From the NCBI RefSeq assembly GCF_018350175.1, contig NC_058377.1, positions 114,204,001-114,268,000 of the forward strand: a stretch of DNA of 64,000 nt, written 5' to 3'. The notes under the pieces were generated by a model. It was not told the DNA's origin. It was given only the letters and a program-made list of their open reading frames with translations, and did no database searches. The stretch comes from Felis catus. Its lineage: Eukaryota. Shown one piece after another: positions 22,022-34,925 of the stretch. The translations under genes were made by a program, and so were the position numbers. The number at the start of each line of letters is the position of its first letter. Position 1 is the stretch's first letter.

Positions 22022-25000
22022 AAGTGGGAGTGAGCCATTTTCCTGTCCTTTCTGAGTGGCAGCTGTGGTTATAAATGATGGAGAGTGCCCATGTGGAGTG
22101 CCTGGCACTGGGGTGGCCAGCGAGGGCGGGTGAGGGTGGCATTTTTACAAATGTCATTAGTTGTACTGGGAGGACGGGTGGGACGCTCTGTGCTGGGAGC
22201 TCCTGAGACATCCTCAGTCCCTCTGGCTGCTCAGAAGGATGGGCGTGTGCTGTTGGTCCTTTCTCAGACTAATTGCATGTGGTGGCCCAGCGTGGACACT
22301 GCAGACACGAGCTGACGGCACCAACTTGGTTTCTGAGCCTGCCAGGCTGTACCTCTGAAGCGTGGGGACTGACTCGCACTCACTTTTGGCCCTCAGAGCC
22401 TGGTACACTGGCACATTGAGCAACTGGTCCCTGCGGGAAGCGAGGGCCCATCCTGTCACCCCATCAGCATCCCACAGAGCCGGCTGCCGGTGGTCTCACC
22501 TGCTGGGGATGTTTTGGTTGGAGACATTGCAAGGCTTGGGTGGGGGCTTCTGGCCCCTACATCCTCACAGCCTCACAGGCTGCAGGACAGCCTCACAGTG
22601 GGAAGGACTCCTCTCCAGGGGCCTTGTATGGTGGAACCAGCCTGGGCCAGGCCAACACCGCATGGCTGTAGGGCATGAATCACAGGAGGTGCCCTGAGCA
22701 GTTGCGGCCCTGGTCCAGGGCTGCCCCCGTCCTTGACTGCTGTCTCCAGGTACTGGTGATTGTCAGCCCTGCACGTGGGTTGGCAGAAAGGCCTCAGAGC
22801 CAGGCCCGAGGGGGACTGTCATCCCAGAGTGGCTGCACTTCCTGGGCGGTTGGGTTGGGATGCACTGGGGAAATGTGGGATGCATAAAAAGGATTTTGGG
22901 TGCCGTGGGGGCCGTCTTGGGGAGCCACCAGAGTAGACACGCGTGCGTTTGTGGTTTCTAGTGGCTGCGCCCTTTTGTGCTAATATCGTGTCACCTGCGG
23001 AGAGTGCTCTTGAGGCCCAAGGAGGAGAAGGAGTAGTGGGTTCCAGGTGCAGAGGGGCACTGGGGTGCCGGGCCACCGTGTGGAAGCACGCAGGAAGGTG
23101 GAGGTCCACTTGGATCTAGGGGTCTAAGGAATTCCAAAATCTCAGTTAAGAACACTCCTGAAGGGTTTCCCGGGGAGAGAGGCAACAGCACCCACTTGCT
23201 CACTCACTGCCTTGTGAGCACCACTGTGTGTTCCTTTGTGTTTCCTGCTGGTGTGCGAGGGAGCAGAGTGCCTGCTCCCGCGGAACTTGATTTCACAAGT
23301 CTGTTGTAGAAATATGAAAACACGGGAAACGTAGAAAACAAAAAGTGAGTGATCCTGCCGCCCAGAGACCGCAGTTAATGCTGGCGTCCTGCTGGGCCGG
23401 ACTCTCCTGCAGCAGTCAGCAGTCGCCGGCAGGAGATCCTGGTGGCTGCCTGGGGACACTCCATAACTCACGTGGTTCTCTGTGGTTGCGTCTTCAGGAT
23501 GTCTCCTCCGGGTTGAGTGGTGCTCTGCACACCCTTGCACATCACTCACTGTGCCCGATGTTGGCATTTCCTTGGGTAGAATTCCGGAAGGGGACTGGCG
23601 GGCTCCAAGAGCAGGGCCCGCGAGGGTCTCCCTGGAGAGGTTCTGCCCACCCACGTTCCCGACAGCATTAGCAGGCACTCGCCTCTGCTTTGTGGCCAGC
23701 TGCCTGTGTTATTCTTTTGTGAGAAATACCTTTGCCGCGTTGACAAGTAGGAAAGGGTGTTTGGTTGGAGCCCGGTTCCTTGAGGGGAGCTGGGGCTGAC
23801 ATTCTTGTGCGCTGGGCCCATGTGTTCTTGGTGAATCCTCGGTGTGCTCTTTGTGTGCTGAGTGGTCTAGCTTTCTTGTGACCGGCCTGGGTTCTGTACA
23901 TTCTGAGGGTATTAATCCCAAGTATTAAGATTTTAGAATTCTTAAAGAAACAAGAGCAAAGACAGAGCGGGGGAGGTGCTGCAGCCGGCGGGAGTGGGAC
24001 CACCCCCCGGCCCCCAGTGCCCCATGTCTTGCCGTTTCCCAGGGACATTCATTCTCCAGCAGAGCAGAGAGTGTGTGTGGCCGTGCTGCCCAGACCAGAG
24101 AACCCACAGGGGGTCAGGGTGTGCCAGGAGACCAGAATGGTAGCCGTGGGACAGCGGACACAGCAGTGTGTGAGCGTGTTTGGGCTGTGAGACTGAGCCC
24201 CACACCCTCTGCTAGGCAGTTCTGGGGTATAGCCTGGGGAGGGCCGTAGGCACAGACCAGAGCTTGGCCCTGTGCCCTGCCCTTTTCCTTCCTGGCTGAT
24301 GCGTGGGGGGTGATCTCAGCATTCCGTTTTCTTGTGCAGCCTTTATCACCACCACCCCTCCTCATATGCACACGTGCATGCGTTACTGGAACCGTGTGTA
24401 CCATTTGGTTTGTTCTCCTGGGAAGACGTTCAGTTCACGTTGGTATCGTGAGCTGTTCAGGGGCCCCTTGCTTGCCGACTGCCTCCTTGGGGCTGAGCTA
24501 CAGGGGTTATTGAGAAAGCATTGGGGCCAGAGGACAACGTGGAGAGTCCGGAACAGGGCTTTTCAAGATGCCCCTCGAGGAGCACTCATCGTCTGAGATG
24601 CTGGATGAGTTTGGGACGCCCTGGCTGAAGTCTGGGGTCCTCTGGGAAGCTCAGTGGTCAGCAGTTGTTTGGGCTGTGAGCAGTCCTAAGGAAGATCACC
24701 ATATGAGCTGTCTGTACAGCTTGTGGGTCACACTCCCCCCGCCATAGCCCTCTCCCAGTCCCTCTGCCCCGTTTCCTCTTGGCTGTTGGGGTGAATGAAC
24801 AAAGAAGGGCTGAGAAGGAATCCAGGCCGCTGCTGTCCTCACCACCCCCTGCCCTCCCACCAGCTGATGATGGGCCGCAGAGAGGAATCCTCCTGGGAGG
24901 CCTGGTGTCCTCGGGGCGATGCTCCCAAAGTGTGTTTACTTCTTGCTGTGGACTGTGTCATATTCCCTCCTCTGCTGGGTGAACTGTGTGGTGGCCCACA

Positions 25001-26339
25001 GGGCAGAAGGTGGGCAGGGCCTAAGGCCGCATGAGCTTGTCTGAGAGTCACCGACACGGGCTGTGCAGCTGAGCACCGTGGCTTCAGCAGGAGAACAGAG
25101 TGGGCACCTTTGTTGGTCCGGGACAGGGTTCCCTCCCTTCCCTGAGAGGGGCGTTTTGTGCTGCACTGGCTTTCTGCACCTGTGATAAAATACATTACCA
25201 GAGCTCCCCTTTCGGGTGGGCTTCATCTTCTCTCCCCAGACCCCTGGGGAGCCTCTGCCGTACATGGTGTGGTCAGGGAGGAGGCAGCACCGAGGTGTTC
25301 TGAGCCTGCCAGTGGGCAGCTGGCGAGGTGAGTGCTGGCGGCAGGTGTGTGTCCCGTAGGCCCTGGCCTCGGTGGGGGGGAGGTGCTGGCACGGAGGCCT
25401 GGGTGCTCCTTCGGCGTAACGCCTGCAGCTCGGGATCTCGGGCACCGTGACTGCTCCCTGAGCCTCAGCACCCAGGTCACAGCCCCTGCCCTGCAGGACG
25501 GTTTGGGCTGGGACGTAGTTTGTAGCAGGTGCCTGGTGGTGGCAGGCATCCGCCTCGTCGTAATTAAGTTTACTGGTTTCAGAGAGACGGATGTGCGAAG
25601 CCCCAGAGGGTGCAGAGGCACCAGGGGCACACGGGAGTGCGTCTTATGGGTCACTTTGTAATCACACAGGCTGTCCCTGCTGCCTGCCTCCTGGAAGCAG
25701 GGCATCCAGGCTGAGCTCTCTGCTCTGATGTACAGAGGGGACTTGTTTCTGGCTCGCACTGTGGTCTGGGGATGCACGTTTGCTCCTATGCTGTCAGAAT
25801 GGAGACCCAGGCCTCAGCCAGCTGGGGTTTCAAAATGCTTTGTAATTAAAATCCTTGTTTTCAAGTACATTCTATTGTTCCTGCTGGGAAGGCCTCCTAC
25901 CTTTTTGGCTGAAGAAGTGCTGGGCTCAGCTGAGTTCTGTTGAGAGTTCCTGGCATTTGTAATTCATGTAAAAATAAACGTGTTGTCTTGCTCTGACCTT
26001 GTGGGCTTTAGTGTACTTCCTCCAAGGCCGGCCGAGTGCACCTGTTGTTCAGTGAAGTGGACTGTCAGCCCTGAGGTGTCGCACTCTGACCCTCTTTACA
26101 GGGCTCTGTGAGGAGCAAGGCTGTGGCCCGTGGGCAGTGCTTTCTCCTGGGGGGCCTTTGCACCCTGGACCGTTTTCTCTCATCTGCTGCCTCCTCACTA
26201 GGCTCATGGCTTTAGGGAGTAGCCTTAGTGGTTTGCAGGCCCCTGAGGTCCGAGCTGTCACCAGGATGGCGACAGGGCCCTTGGTTTGCCCGAAGAGCTT
26301 CCTGTCTCCTGACGTCTGAGCGAGAGTGAGGGCACAGCC

Positions 26340-26358
26340 CACTGCCCTCTGGTGGAGC
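26340..26358 (-). promoter_or_regulatory. CTCF motif (reverse)
   Basis: The - strand reads GCTCCACCAGAGGGCAGTG, with core CCACCAGAGGGCAG. Confidence 0.6.
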
Positions 26359-27314
26359 TGGGGCCCAAGGTGGCCTTGGTGGGACTCACATTCCGCTCAC
26401 CTGGGTTCTAGGGCCCCGCCGAGCCCCTCACCCAGAGTTCCGGCCTGGACCTCTGAGGCCCGGGATGGAGGAGGGGGGATGGGAGGCCTCAGAAGAGGGT
26501 CTGTGCCAGGCGGTGCTGTGGCCCAGACCACTCCCTGCCCCGCTGACCCTTTCCTGCTGTGTGCCGGGGCCCTGGGCAGTCCCAGGGCAGCCCCCAGGTA
26601 GAGACCTCAGGGGTGCTGCAGTGCTTTTTTTTGGGATGGAGCGGCTCAGCTTTGTGCTTGCTGTCCTTGCACCTGGCATCTGGTTGTGCCCGGGAGAATT
26701 GTTGGCAGCAGCATACCGGCTGAGGGGCCTGAGGGGTCCCGCTGTCCTGTCCCCTGCAGCCTCCCGTTGTGTGCGGCAGGCTCCCTGCTTGTGTGAGCAC
26801 GGCAGGGACACATGGGTCAGGGCTGACCAAGAGCTAGCGCCGGTGGCCAGAGGTGCCACCTTCGCTGTCCCGTAGACTCGCTGCGGCCCCTTCCCACCGC
26901 CAGCGTGTGCCTGGGGGCTGGTGTTCAGGTCCTAAGCTGTAGGCGCCCTGCCTGCCTGTGAGGACTGTGCTGCCTTGCCGGCCAGGGCGCTGTCCTGGCA
27001 TCTGGTTCCCGGTGGCACGCGGTCCCGCTGCACCTGTGGTGGTGGCCGCAATGTAGGAGCAGGTGCTGCTGTGCGGGACTCGGTGGCTGGGGTTTTCAGT
27101 GTCCTGGCCCTGTGCTGAGCTGGCAGGGCGGGGATGTCGGCTGTACTTTTTTGGCCTCTGGTAGTCGGCACCTGTAGTGCTAGAGGTGACGAAGGTGCTG
27201 GGCTTGGGCTGGCTACCCCCTGGGGGAGCAGGGATGGGACTGGGCAGTGGGAGTGGGGTGTGGCGTAGGGGCCGGAGCCAGGGCCCACAGAGCTGTGGCC
27301 TCTGAATCTCTTCT

Positions 27315-27566
27315 TTTTTTTTTTTTTTTAACTTTTTTTTTAAACTTTTTTTTTTTTTTAACGTTTATTTATTTTTGAGACAGAGAGAGAGAGACAGAGC
27401 ATGAACAGGGAAGGGGCAGAGAGAGAGGGAGACACAGAATCGGAAGCAGGCTCCAGGCTCCGAGCCATCAGCCCAGAGCCTGACGCGGGGCTCGAACTCA
27501 TGGACCACGAGATTGTGACCTGAGCTGAAGTCGGACGCTTAACCGACTGAGCCACCCAGGCACCCC
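27315..27566 (-). mobile_element. SINEC (SINEC_Fc-like)
   Basis: Antisense full copy; 16-bp TSD CCTCTGA(A/G)TCTCTTCT. Confidence 0.97.
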
Positions 27567-28354
27567 CCTCTGAGTCTCTTCTGATGGCTTGTTTTTAGCC
27601 AGATGGTTCAGATGCAGGGTCAACATGCAGTACCTGTACGTGTCGCCAGTTGTCCCGTTGGTTTTTTTAAGCTAATTCTGCTGTAACTGGAGTCACAAAG
27701 TGCTCCTGGTAACACAGCAGCTGGGAGAACAGTAATCATGGGGCCGTTCTTGCTCTCCGGAGCCAGGTACCCCTGCCAGGAGCCGCCCACAGGGACCCAC
27801 GGTTTTCCATTTCTTTCACAGAAGTCCGGGTCCTTTGATCTCTAATACAAACAATAAAATGTCCCCTCAAATGACATTTGCAGGAGTCTAGGGTGAAGAT
27901 TGCACTCTTTGGCCTGTATGCCTGGGCCTAGGGCCTGTGCCGGGGAGGCCGTGTCCTGGCTGCTCACACACCCTGTGGTTCTGGCTCTAGGCTCGGTCCG
28001 GGGGCCAATCTAGACGTCAGGACCTCATCAGGGCCATGGCTTTGCTGGGCTCCCTCCAGGCAGGCCCCAGGGCCCTGGGCTCTCTCAGATACAGGCACCC
28101 AGGTGTGGGGTTGGGGGCCGTATGTCCTTATCTTTGACTCCAATCTTCCAAGACCACCAGAGAGCAGATCGTGTCCTACTCCTGCTTAAAAGATCCTTTG
28201 TCAAATTTCCCATCTCCCTCCAGCTCCCACCCCATGCCCACCCCACAGGTACCTGTTGTATTGCAGCCTGGTCAGCCCCCCGTGTGCCCTCTTCCACTGA
28301 GGCCCCTGGCCCACGCTCACGCTGTCTCCGTGGCCTGGCGAGTCTCTCGCTGCC

Positions 28355-29040
28355 TGTTTTCTGAAGAACACGTACACATGGCCAACAGATACAGAAAAAG
28401 AAGCACCACGTCACTCATCGTCAGGGAGGTGCACATCAAAACTGCCCTGAGCTGTGACCTCACACGTGCCAGAATGATGATCATATCATAAAAGAGGAGA
28501 TGACAAGCGTGGGTGAGGAGGCGGGGAGAGGAGCACTGTTGGTGGGGGTGCACGCTGGTGCAGTCGCTGCAGAAAACAGTATGGAGGGTCCTCAAGACGT
28601 TAAAAATGGAGCTACCATTTGACCCAGCAGTTTCTCTTCTGGGTATTTAGCCAAACAAAACCATGACCTTGAAGCCACGCGTGTATCCCCGTCGTCGCTG
28701 CAGAGTTATTCCCAGCAGTCCAGGTGTGGAAGCAGCCTGTGCGGCTGGCGACAGAGAAATGGGTAAAGAGCGTGTGGTAAACAGACACAATGGAATGCCA
28801 CTCGGCCTTAAAAAAGGAGGATATCCTGTCGTTTGCAACAACATGGATGACCCTGGGGGGGTATTACGCTAAGTGAAATAAAAGCCTGATGAAGAAAGAC
28901 AAATACCACATGGTTTCACTTATCCGGGGAATCTAAAAAAAGAAAGGAAAAATCAAACTCAGGAGCAGAGTGGTAGAGTAGTGCCAGGGGCTGGGGGAAA
29001 TAGGGAGAAGTCAGTAGAAGGACACAATTTCAGGGAAGAA
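28355..29040 (+). mobile_element. L1M (L1MA/MB-like) ORF2 C-terminus and 3'UTR
   Basis: CATGGCCAACAGATAC, GAAAACAGTATGGAGG, ACCATTTGACCCAGCAG, TTTGCAACAACATGGATGACCCT, GAAAGACAAATACCACATGGTTTCACTTAT. Confidence 0.9.
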
Positions 29041-29259
29041 GGATGCTTGTCCTGGCTCCACCCCTCTTCTTGTTTCTACCTCCCCGGGGTCCTTGGACAG
29101 CGCCCCGGGAGTCTCTGGAGCTACCCTGCTGGCCCAGGGCCTTAGGAAGGTGTTGGGAGGCCGAGTCCACCCTCTGGCCCTGCTCTAGGGATGCCGGGGA
29201 AGGGGATCCTGTCACAGCAGCTCAGCTTGGCAGTACTCTAACCAGACATGCCAGCTAGC

Positions 29260-30460
29260 GAGAATATTTGAAAACCACGACTCACACATTTGAGCCAATA
29301 TAGAGAATAGTGAACCCAACAACGGGGGGGCCACACACCCTCTTTAAGCCCTCATCGAACATCCGCAAACTGACTGAAACCTCGACGGATTTCCGCCAAC
29401 TGCAGCCATCCGGTGTATCCTTGGCCTAAGTGAAATCCAATCAGACGTCAGCAACAAAGGGAAGCTAACTCCCTCTATTTAAAAATTAGGAGACTCACTT
29501 CTAAGTAACCAGTGGGACAAATAATGATTCAGAATGGAAATTAGGAAAGATTATTAGCTGGAAGATAACAGAACCCCACCTGTCAACACCTGTGCGCTGC
29601 AGCGAGACGGGAGAGTAGTTCAGAGCCTTGGATGCACGGATCACACATGAAGGAATCACCCAAGGAGTGGCATCCAAGCCCAGAGGAGGCAGTGGAGGGA
29701 AGGAAGGCCGCGGCACAGACTGGATCTCCAGCAGAGTCATCAGGGCCAGAGTTTGATGCATTGAACGTATGGATAAAGTGAAAATCTCTGGCAAGACTAA
29801 TCAAGACCGAAGAAAGAGAAGGTCCAGAGAGTCTTTTAGTAATGCACGCCGGGTCAACTGGGTGTCCGTCCGTGTGTTTAAAAAAAAAAAAAAAAAAAGG
29901 GAAATCTTGGTCCATACTTCACAGCATACAAAGGAGTTGAGCCGGGAAGAATGTAGGTCTAAAACTCGGAGAGCCTCACGTGCTCACCGAGAGCTTCAGC
30001 TGTGCTGAAGTGCACAACACCTAGATTTTGAAAAAAATAACGTGACGTGTGGTTTTTGTGTCTATTGCATATTGAAATGATGATCCTCTGGGCTAAACAA
30101 AATATATTAAAATGAATTTCACCTGTTTCCCTTTACCCTTTGTGGTGGCTCCTAGAAAATCTGAAATTTCAGACGTGGCTGGCATTTGTGGCTTGTGGTA
30201 TGTTTCTCTTGGACAGTGCTGTTCTGGAAGATAACACAGAAGATGCTATTCTTGGCCTTTGGGTGCATAACGGTTTTCCAGAACAGGACCAGGAAGCGCA
30301 GATCATGAGGGGGAAGAGAATTTGGTTTACGTTGAACCTAAGGCACTCTGTTCACCAAAGGATACCCCTCGAAGAGTGAAAAGGCCAGTACCCTGGGGAA
30401 GTGTGGCACACGTCCCTGACGGAAGGGGCACAGCCAGACCTCGTGGAATAGCAAGAAACA
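29260..30460 (+). mobile_element. Old L1 ORF2 fragments (interrupted by MER33)
   Basis: Degenerate endonuclease-region and later ORF2 sequence; CTAAAACTC resumes as TTCTGGAAGATAACACAG after MER33. Confidence 0.7.
29976..30221 (-). mobile_element. MER33 (hAT-Charlie)
   Basis: AATTTCACCTGTTTC...GTGGCTCCTAGAAAATCTGAAATT...TTGGACAGTGCTG end. Confidence 0.85.
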
Positions 30461-30989
30461 GGCCGGAGACTCGCGGAGGAGGGGGGCACACCTGGCCCCC
30501 GGACAGAGGCAGAAGTGGGCCGCCCCGGGGCTCTGGGCCACACGCTGCAGTCCCCACGGCTCTGGCGACCGTCACGGAACCGGGCTGCACGTGAACCATC
30601 TTTCTTTTTAGCCCGTCTGCCCTCGATGCTTGCGGTGGTGGCCGGGTCGTGTAGGTCAGACCTGCCAGCACTGCCTGTCCGCCTTTCTTTGAATGTGTTT
30701 GTTACTGCTCTTTTAAACCCTCCTTCCTCCTAACCCCCACTGCTTTGGAAGCTGTGCACTCACGTCCCTTTCTTTCAGAGGTGTCTCGCGGCACAGAACC
30801 AGAGCTTACCAGCGTCTGATGCTGCGAGTCGCCCTCTCCGCCTCCCTGCAGCGCCCAGACCTCAGGCCCGCATGCAGTTGCCCTCCCCGGGGGCTTCTGC
30901 ATGCTGCTGACGTGGCTCTTCCTGCAGCACGTGTTAACCCCCGGTGTCAGCAGTGTTTTCTACGCTTGGCGTTTGTTTAGGTGCACACT

Positions 30990-31490
30990 TTCTTTCCATC
31001 CCATGTCGGGATTTGCTGTTCTCTTTGTGCCTTAGTCCTCCTGGCGTTTGACTTCCTTCCACGGCTGGTTCTTTTCTGCCTGAAAGACGTCCTTTTCATC
31101 TGCTTTCTTCAGTGTCGGTACATGGGTGGGTGGCTCCCCATCTTTGTCGGCCTGAAAATGCCTCCAGTTTGCCTTGTGTTCTCACTGCACAGAGCAGTTT
31201 TGCTCGGCTTTTTTTTTTTTTTTTTTAATTTTTTTTTCAACGTTTTTATTTATTTTTGGGACAGAGAGAGACAGAGCATGAACGGGGGAGGGGCAGAGAG
31301 AGAGGGAGACACAGAATCGGAAACAGTCTCCAGGCTCCGAGCCATCAGCCCAGAGCCCGACGCGGGGCTCGAACTCCCGGACCGCGAGATCGTGACCTGG
31401 CTGAAGTCGGACGCTTAACCGACTGCGCCACCCAGGCGCCCCTTGCTCGGCTTTCTTTCAGCCCATTTAGGTGTCTGGCCACTGGTTCCT
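30990..31490 (-). mobile_element. Old L1 ORF1/inter-ORF fragment (split by a SINEC)
   Basis: TTCTGCCTGAAAGACGTCC..., CCTGAAAATGCCTC, CTTTCAGCCCATTTAGGTGTC. Confidence 0.6.
31212..31442 (-). mobile_element. Young SINEC_Fc
   Basis: CpG-rich intact copy; perfect TSD TTGCTCGGCTTT at 31200-31211 and 31443-31454. Confidence 0.97.
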
Positions 31491-31574
31491 GGCTTCTAGA
31501 AGCCACCTGTCAGGTAAACTCTCCTCCTTTGGAAGTGATCTGCTCCCCCTACCACCCTCCCCCCCCAACCCCCA

Positions 31575-31770
31575 ATACTGTTTACTTTTTATTTGCAGTA
31601 ATTTCAAAGTTAGAGGAGTTGCAGAAAATAGTTTCAGTAATTCCTGTATACTCCACCCACATTCCCCAGTGTTAAACTTCTCATGTTTGCTCTGTCGTTC
31701 TCTCCTCCCCCCACGTATATATTTTTTTCTTAACGGTTTGCGAGTGACCTGCCCCTTTAACCCAAAATAG
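31575..31770 (-). mobile_element. L1MC/MD-type 3' end fragment
   Basis: AGTAATTTCAAAGTTAGAGGAGTTGCAGAAAATAG...CCCCTTTAACCCAAAATA. Confidence 0.65.
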
Positions 31771-33754
31771 GACAGAACATATTTTTGTGGGAAGGTGCTC
31801 AGCTGCACTGCACTAGAAGACGCAGTGAAGGAGTCCGCTGCCTCTGCCCTGCTCTGCATAGCTTAGAAATAGGATCCGAAGTCACTGGATGAGAGCCACA
31901 GGGAAGGGAGAAGGCAGAGGTGAGGACGATGTGGTATCAGGGTAGGAAACAGAACATCGGGCTTGCCAGCTTCTGAGGCCCATGCAGCAGAAGCAGGGCA
32001 GGGGTGGAGCCTGGAGGGCCAGGTCTCCAGGGGTCGCCGGGCTGGTGTGCCCTCCGGAAGCCCCACTTCCGTGGAGGCGCACGTCTGCCCTCCAGCTCCC
32101 AAGGCCACGGAGAGCAGCCCTTCCCTGGCGGCAGGGAAAACAGAATGGATGGGACATGTGGGGAAGTCTGGCGACTGACAGGTTAGAGGCAGAGTAAGAC
32201 ACAAAGCAGTCAGTGTTCCCCAAATACGTACATTTGTTGTATTTTGTAGGATTTTGTGTCCAGCTTCTCGGAAAGAACGTCAGGTCTTCTCTGCTCCTCA
32301 TCTGCAGCCATCGTTCTTGCTTTTGCGTTGGTGACACCCCTCCCCTAATTGTGAGGTGGGAGATGCCCCATCTGCGGAGAGCAAAGTCTGTGGAAGGAGT
32401 TGGTTGGTATTTTCTAGAGCCTGTCTGTGCTCCGGTGAGCTAGCTTCCTTTTCCAGCACGACCTCAGGTGAACCTGGGCTCTGGCATACCTTGGTAAAAC
32501 AGATCTGCTCTTTTGTCACGAGGCCCATGCTAATCCCTGCGGTGTCCCCCGGCAGGTTCCGGAACTCTAGCTGGGCCCTACCAGTCGCCTCTCCCCTCTC
32601 CTGGTGCAGCCTCTCGGTCAGTGCCACAGCCTGACTTTTCACTTCTCCACCGAGGTGGCAGATGCTGCCCGGGACAGAAATGTGCCAGGTCCCAGCCCCA
32701 GTCTCTTGCCCCGGTCCCTCGGTGTGCGGAGTTCTCTTCAGCCTCTGTTCCTTTCTGTTGGCTCTACTCGCTGACCATCCCCTTGGAGGCAGGGCAGTGA
32801 ATCCTTGGGTGCTGTGTCCCGGGGTCTCCGGGGCTGGCCTGGGCAGGTGCCCGGTGATGTGTGTTCGGTGGGTGCAGAGAGCCCCTGTGGCAGGGCCATC
32901 TCAGCCTCCTCCACTGCCTTTGCCCAGCCTCTTGCCGGCACCCCAGAGAGGACAGGCCTGGCCATCTCGGTCTTAGAGGGACTCCCGCAAGGACACAGGG
33001 CTCCTGGGGCTGGCATCAGCGAGAGAGTCCTGAGGCTGCTTTCTTTGTGCCTCCTGTGTGGGTGGGAGTAAGCCATCCAGTCCACTGCAGTGGTGTTTGA
33101 GAGGGTGGAATCGGGGGCATCAAAGCAGCCGCTTGGTGCAGGGAGCTGTGGTTTGTAGCGAGGCACTTTGGCCTTGCTGCCTCCAGCTCGCTCATCCACC
33201 CCAGGTGACTGGAGACGCGGCCCCAAGGTCACGATGCCGGGGGGAGGGAAAAAGACCTGAGCCCCATTGGAGTGGCTGGACAAGGCCCTGTCTGGCTGCT
33301 GACCACCTCCTCCTCCCTGGTGCTGGCCCGGCAGAGGGGATGTCTTCCCGGGCCATCCTGGCACGGCGCCTGGTCTGCGTCCACAAAGGCTGATAGGTTC
33401 TGGCGGTAGCCATGGGCAGGGAAGGAGTGTGATTCGGAACACATCTGGCATCACAAGTCTGTCTTTGTGCTGGCCAGAAACCCCTCACCCACCCCTCTCA
33501 GAGCTCACAGCTTTCGTGTGGTCCCCACTGGCCACGGAAGTTGGAGCTGAGCACATAGTGTCATTTACTTGGTGCCTCATTTCTCCTTGTTGGGTGAGAG
33601 GGAGAGAGCAGGTGCAAGCCTCACCTCCCTGGGTGTGTGGACACGTTCCTGAAGGCCACATGCCAGTGTCAGGGCAGCCTGGAGTGCAGCACTCTGACCA
33701 AAGATCTGTCAACTGCTTGGTTCCCCCAGGATACCCCGAGTCAATGTAGGAAAT

Positions 33755-34385
33755 TCAGGATAAATGCTTGATTTTTTCCCTCTTTTTACCAGCTCTCACA
33801 ATTAAGGAGTTGATACCCTGACATCTTCTCAAAGTGACCAGGGGGGTTTAAAATATACATGTTTCAAGAAGAACTCATAGATTAAAACAGTCTTGGTCTT
33901 TGAGTCCCTTGTGGTTGTCCTCCTCAGCAGTGGTCATATCGTCCTGTCTCTCGCCCCCGGGAGCTCATTCAGGCTGGGTCTGAGTTCTGATGACCCGGGC
34001 TCTAGTGACCTTGGATAGTGTCGCTCCTCTGCCGTGATAGCAAGGTCCAGACCTGGAATCTGCCTCTTCTCTAAGAACCCCTGGTTTCTTGTGGTGGGAA
34101 ATGCTTTTCCAAGACCACGTTCCGGGTGCCAGGGTTGACCCTGTTGCCTTGAGTTGACCACGGTCTCTAGGCCTTTTTGGCGAACAGACCACGCGTGGAC
34201 GGACAAAGGTGCTGCGGAGTCATGCTCACCCTTCCCGTTCCGTGTGGGCCTGGGGCTTTTAATTAATTGAATCCGTTTTATAGCCATCTCCCACTGTGCT
34301 GGAAATCAAGATTCTCAACCTTAACCAGCCTAGTTTCCCTTTTGATTCATCCCCTATCCGTACGCAAGACTCTCGGAATATAACG
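33755..34385 (-). mobile_element. L1MC4-like fragments (discontinuous)
   Basis: AGGATAAATGCTTGATTTTTTCCCTC...TTACCAG and GAAATCAAGATTCTC hallmarks. Confidence 0.55.
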
Positions 34386-34705
34386 GCAGGATGAGCCTCG
34401 CCCCCCCGACAGAGTTTGGGCTGGGCGCGGCCCCGAGCTCCTTGGGTCTGCCCCCGCCCCCCCCAAGCTGCTCAGTCCTCCCATCCGGGCGCACCAGGCA
34501 CTCGTGCGCCGTTCTCTCTGGAGGGAACGCTACGGACTGGTTCTGTGAGGTCAGGTTCTTTTGTCACGTGCTCTGAGTGTTTCTGATTCTGATGTGGCAT
34601 CACGGTCCTCTCATGGCTTCTTGTATTTTCCTCATTGTTAAAACAGTTTTGAAATTGTGGGTTTGGTTTTTATCTTGAGGGGTGGGCCCCTTTGGCGGGT
34701 GTTTA

Positions 34706-34925
34706 AATTTTTTTTTTTTTCAACGTTTATTTTTATTTTTGGGACAGAGAGAGACAGAGCATGAACGGGGGAGGGGCAGAGAGAGAGGGAGACACAGAAT
34801 CGGAAACAGGCTCCAGGCTCCGAGCCATCAGCCCAGAGCCTGACGCGGGGCTTGAACTCCCGGACCGCGAGATCGTGACCTGGCTGAAGTCGGACGCTTA
34901 ACCGACTGCGCCACCCAGGCGCCCC
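34706..34925 (-). mobile_element. Young SINEC_Fc
   Basis: Intact copy; perfect 14-bp TSD TTGGCGGGTGTTTA at 34692-34705 and 34926-34939. Confidence 0.97.
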
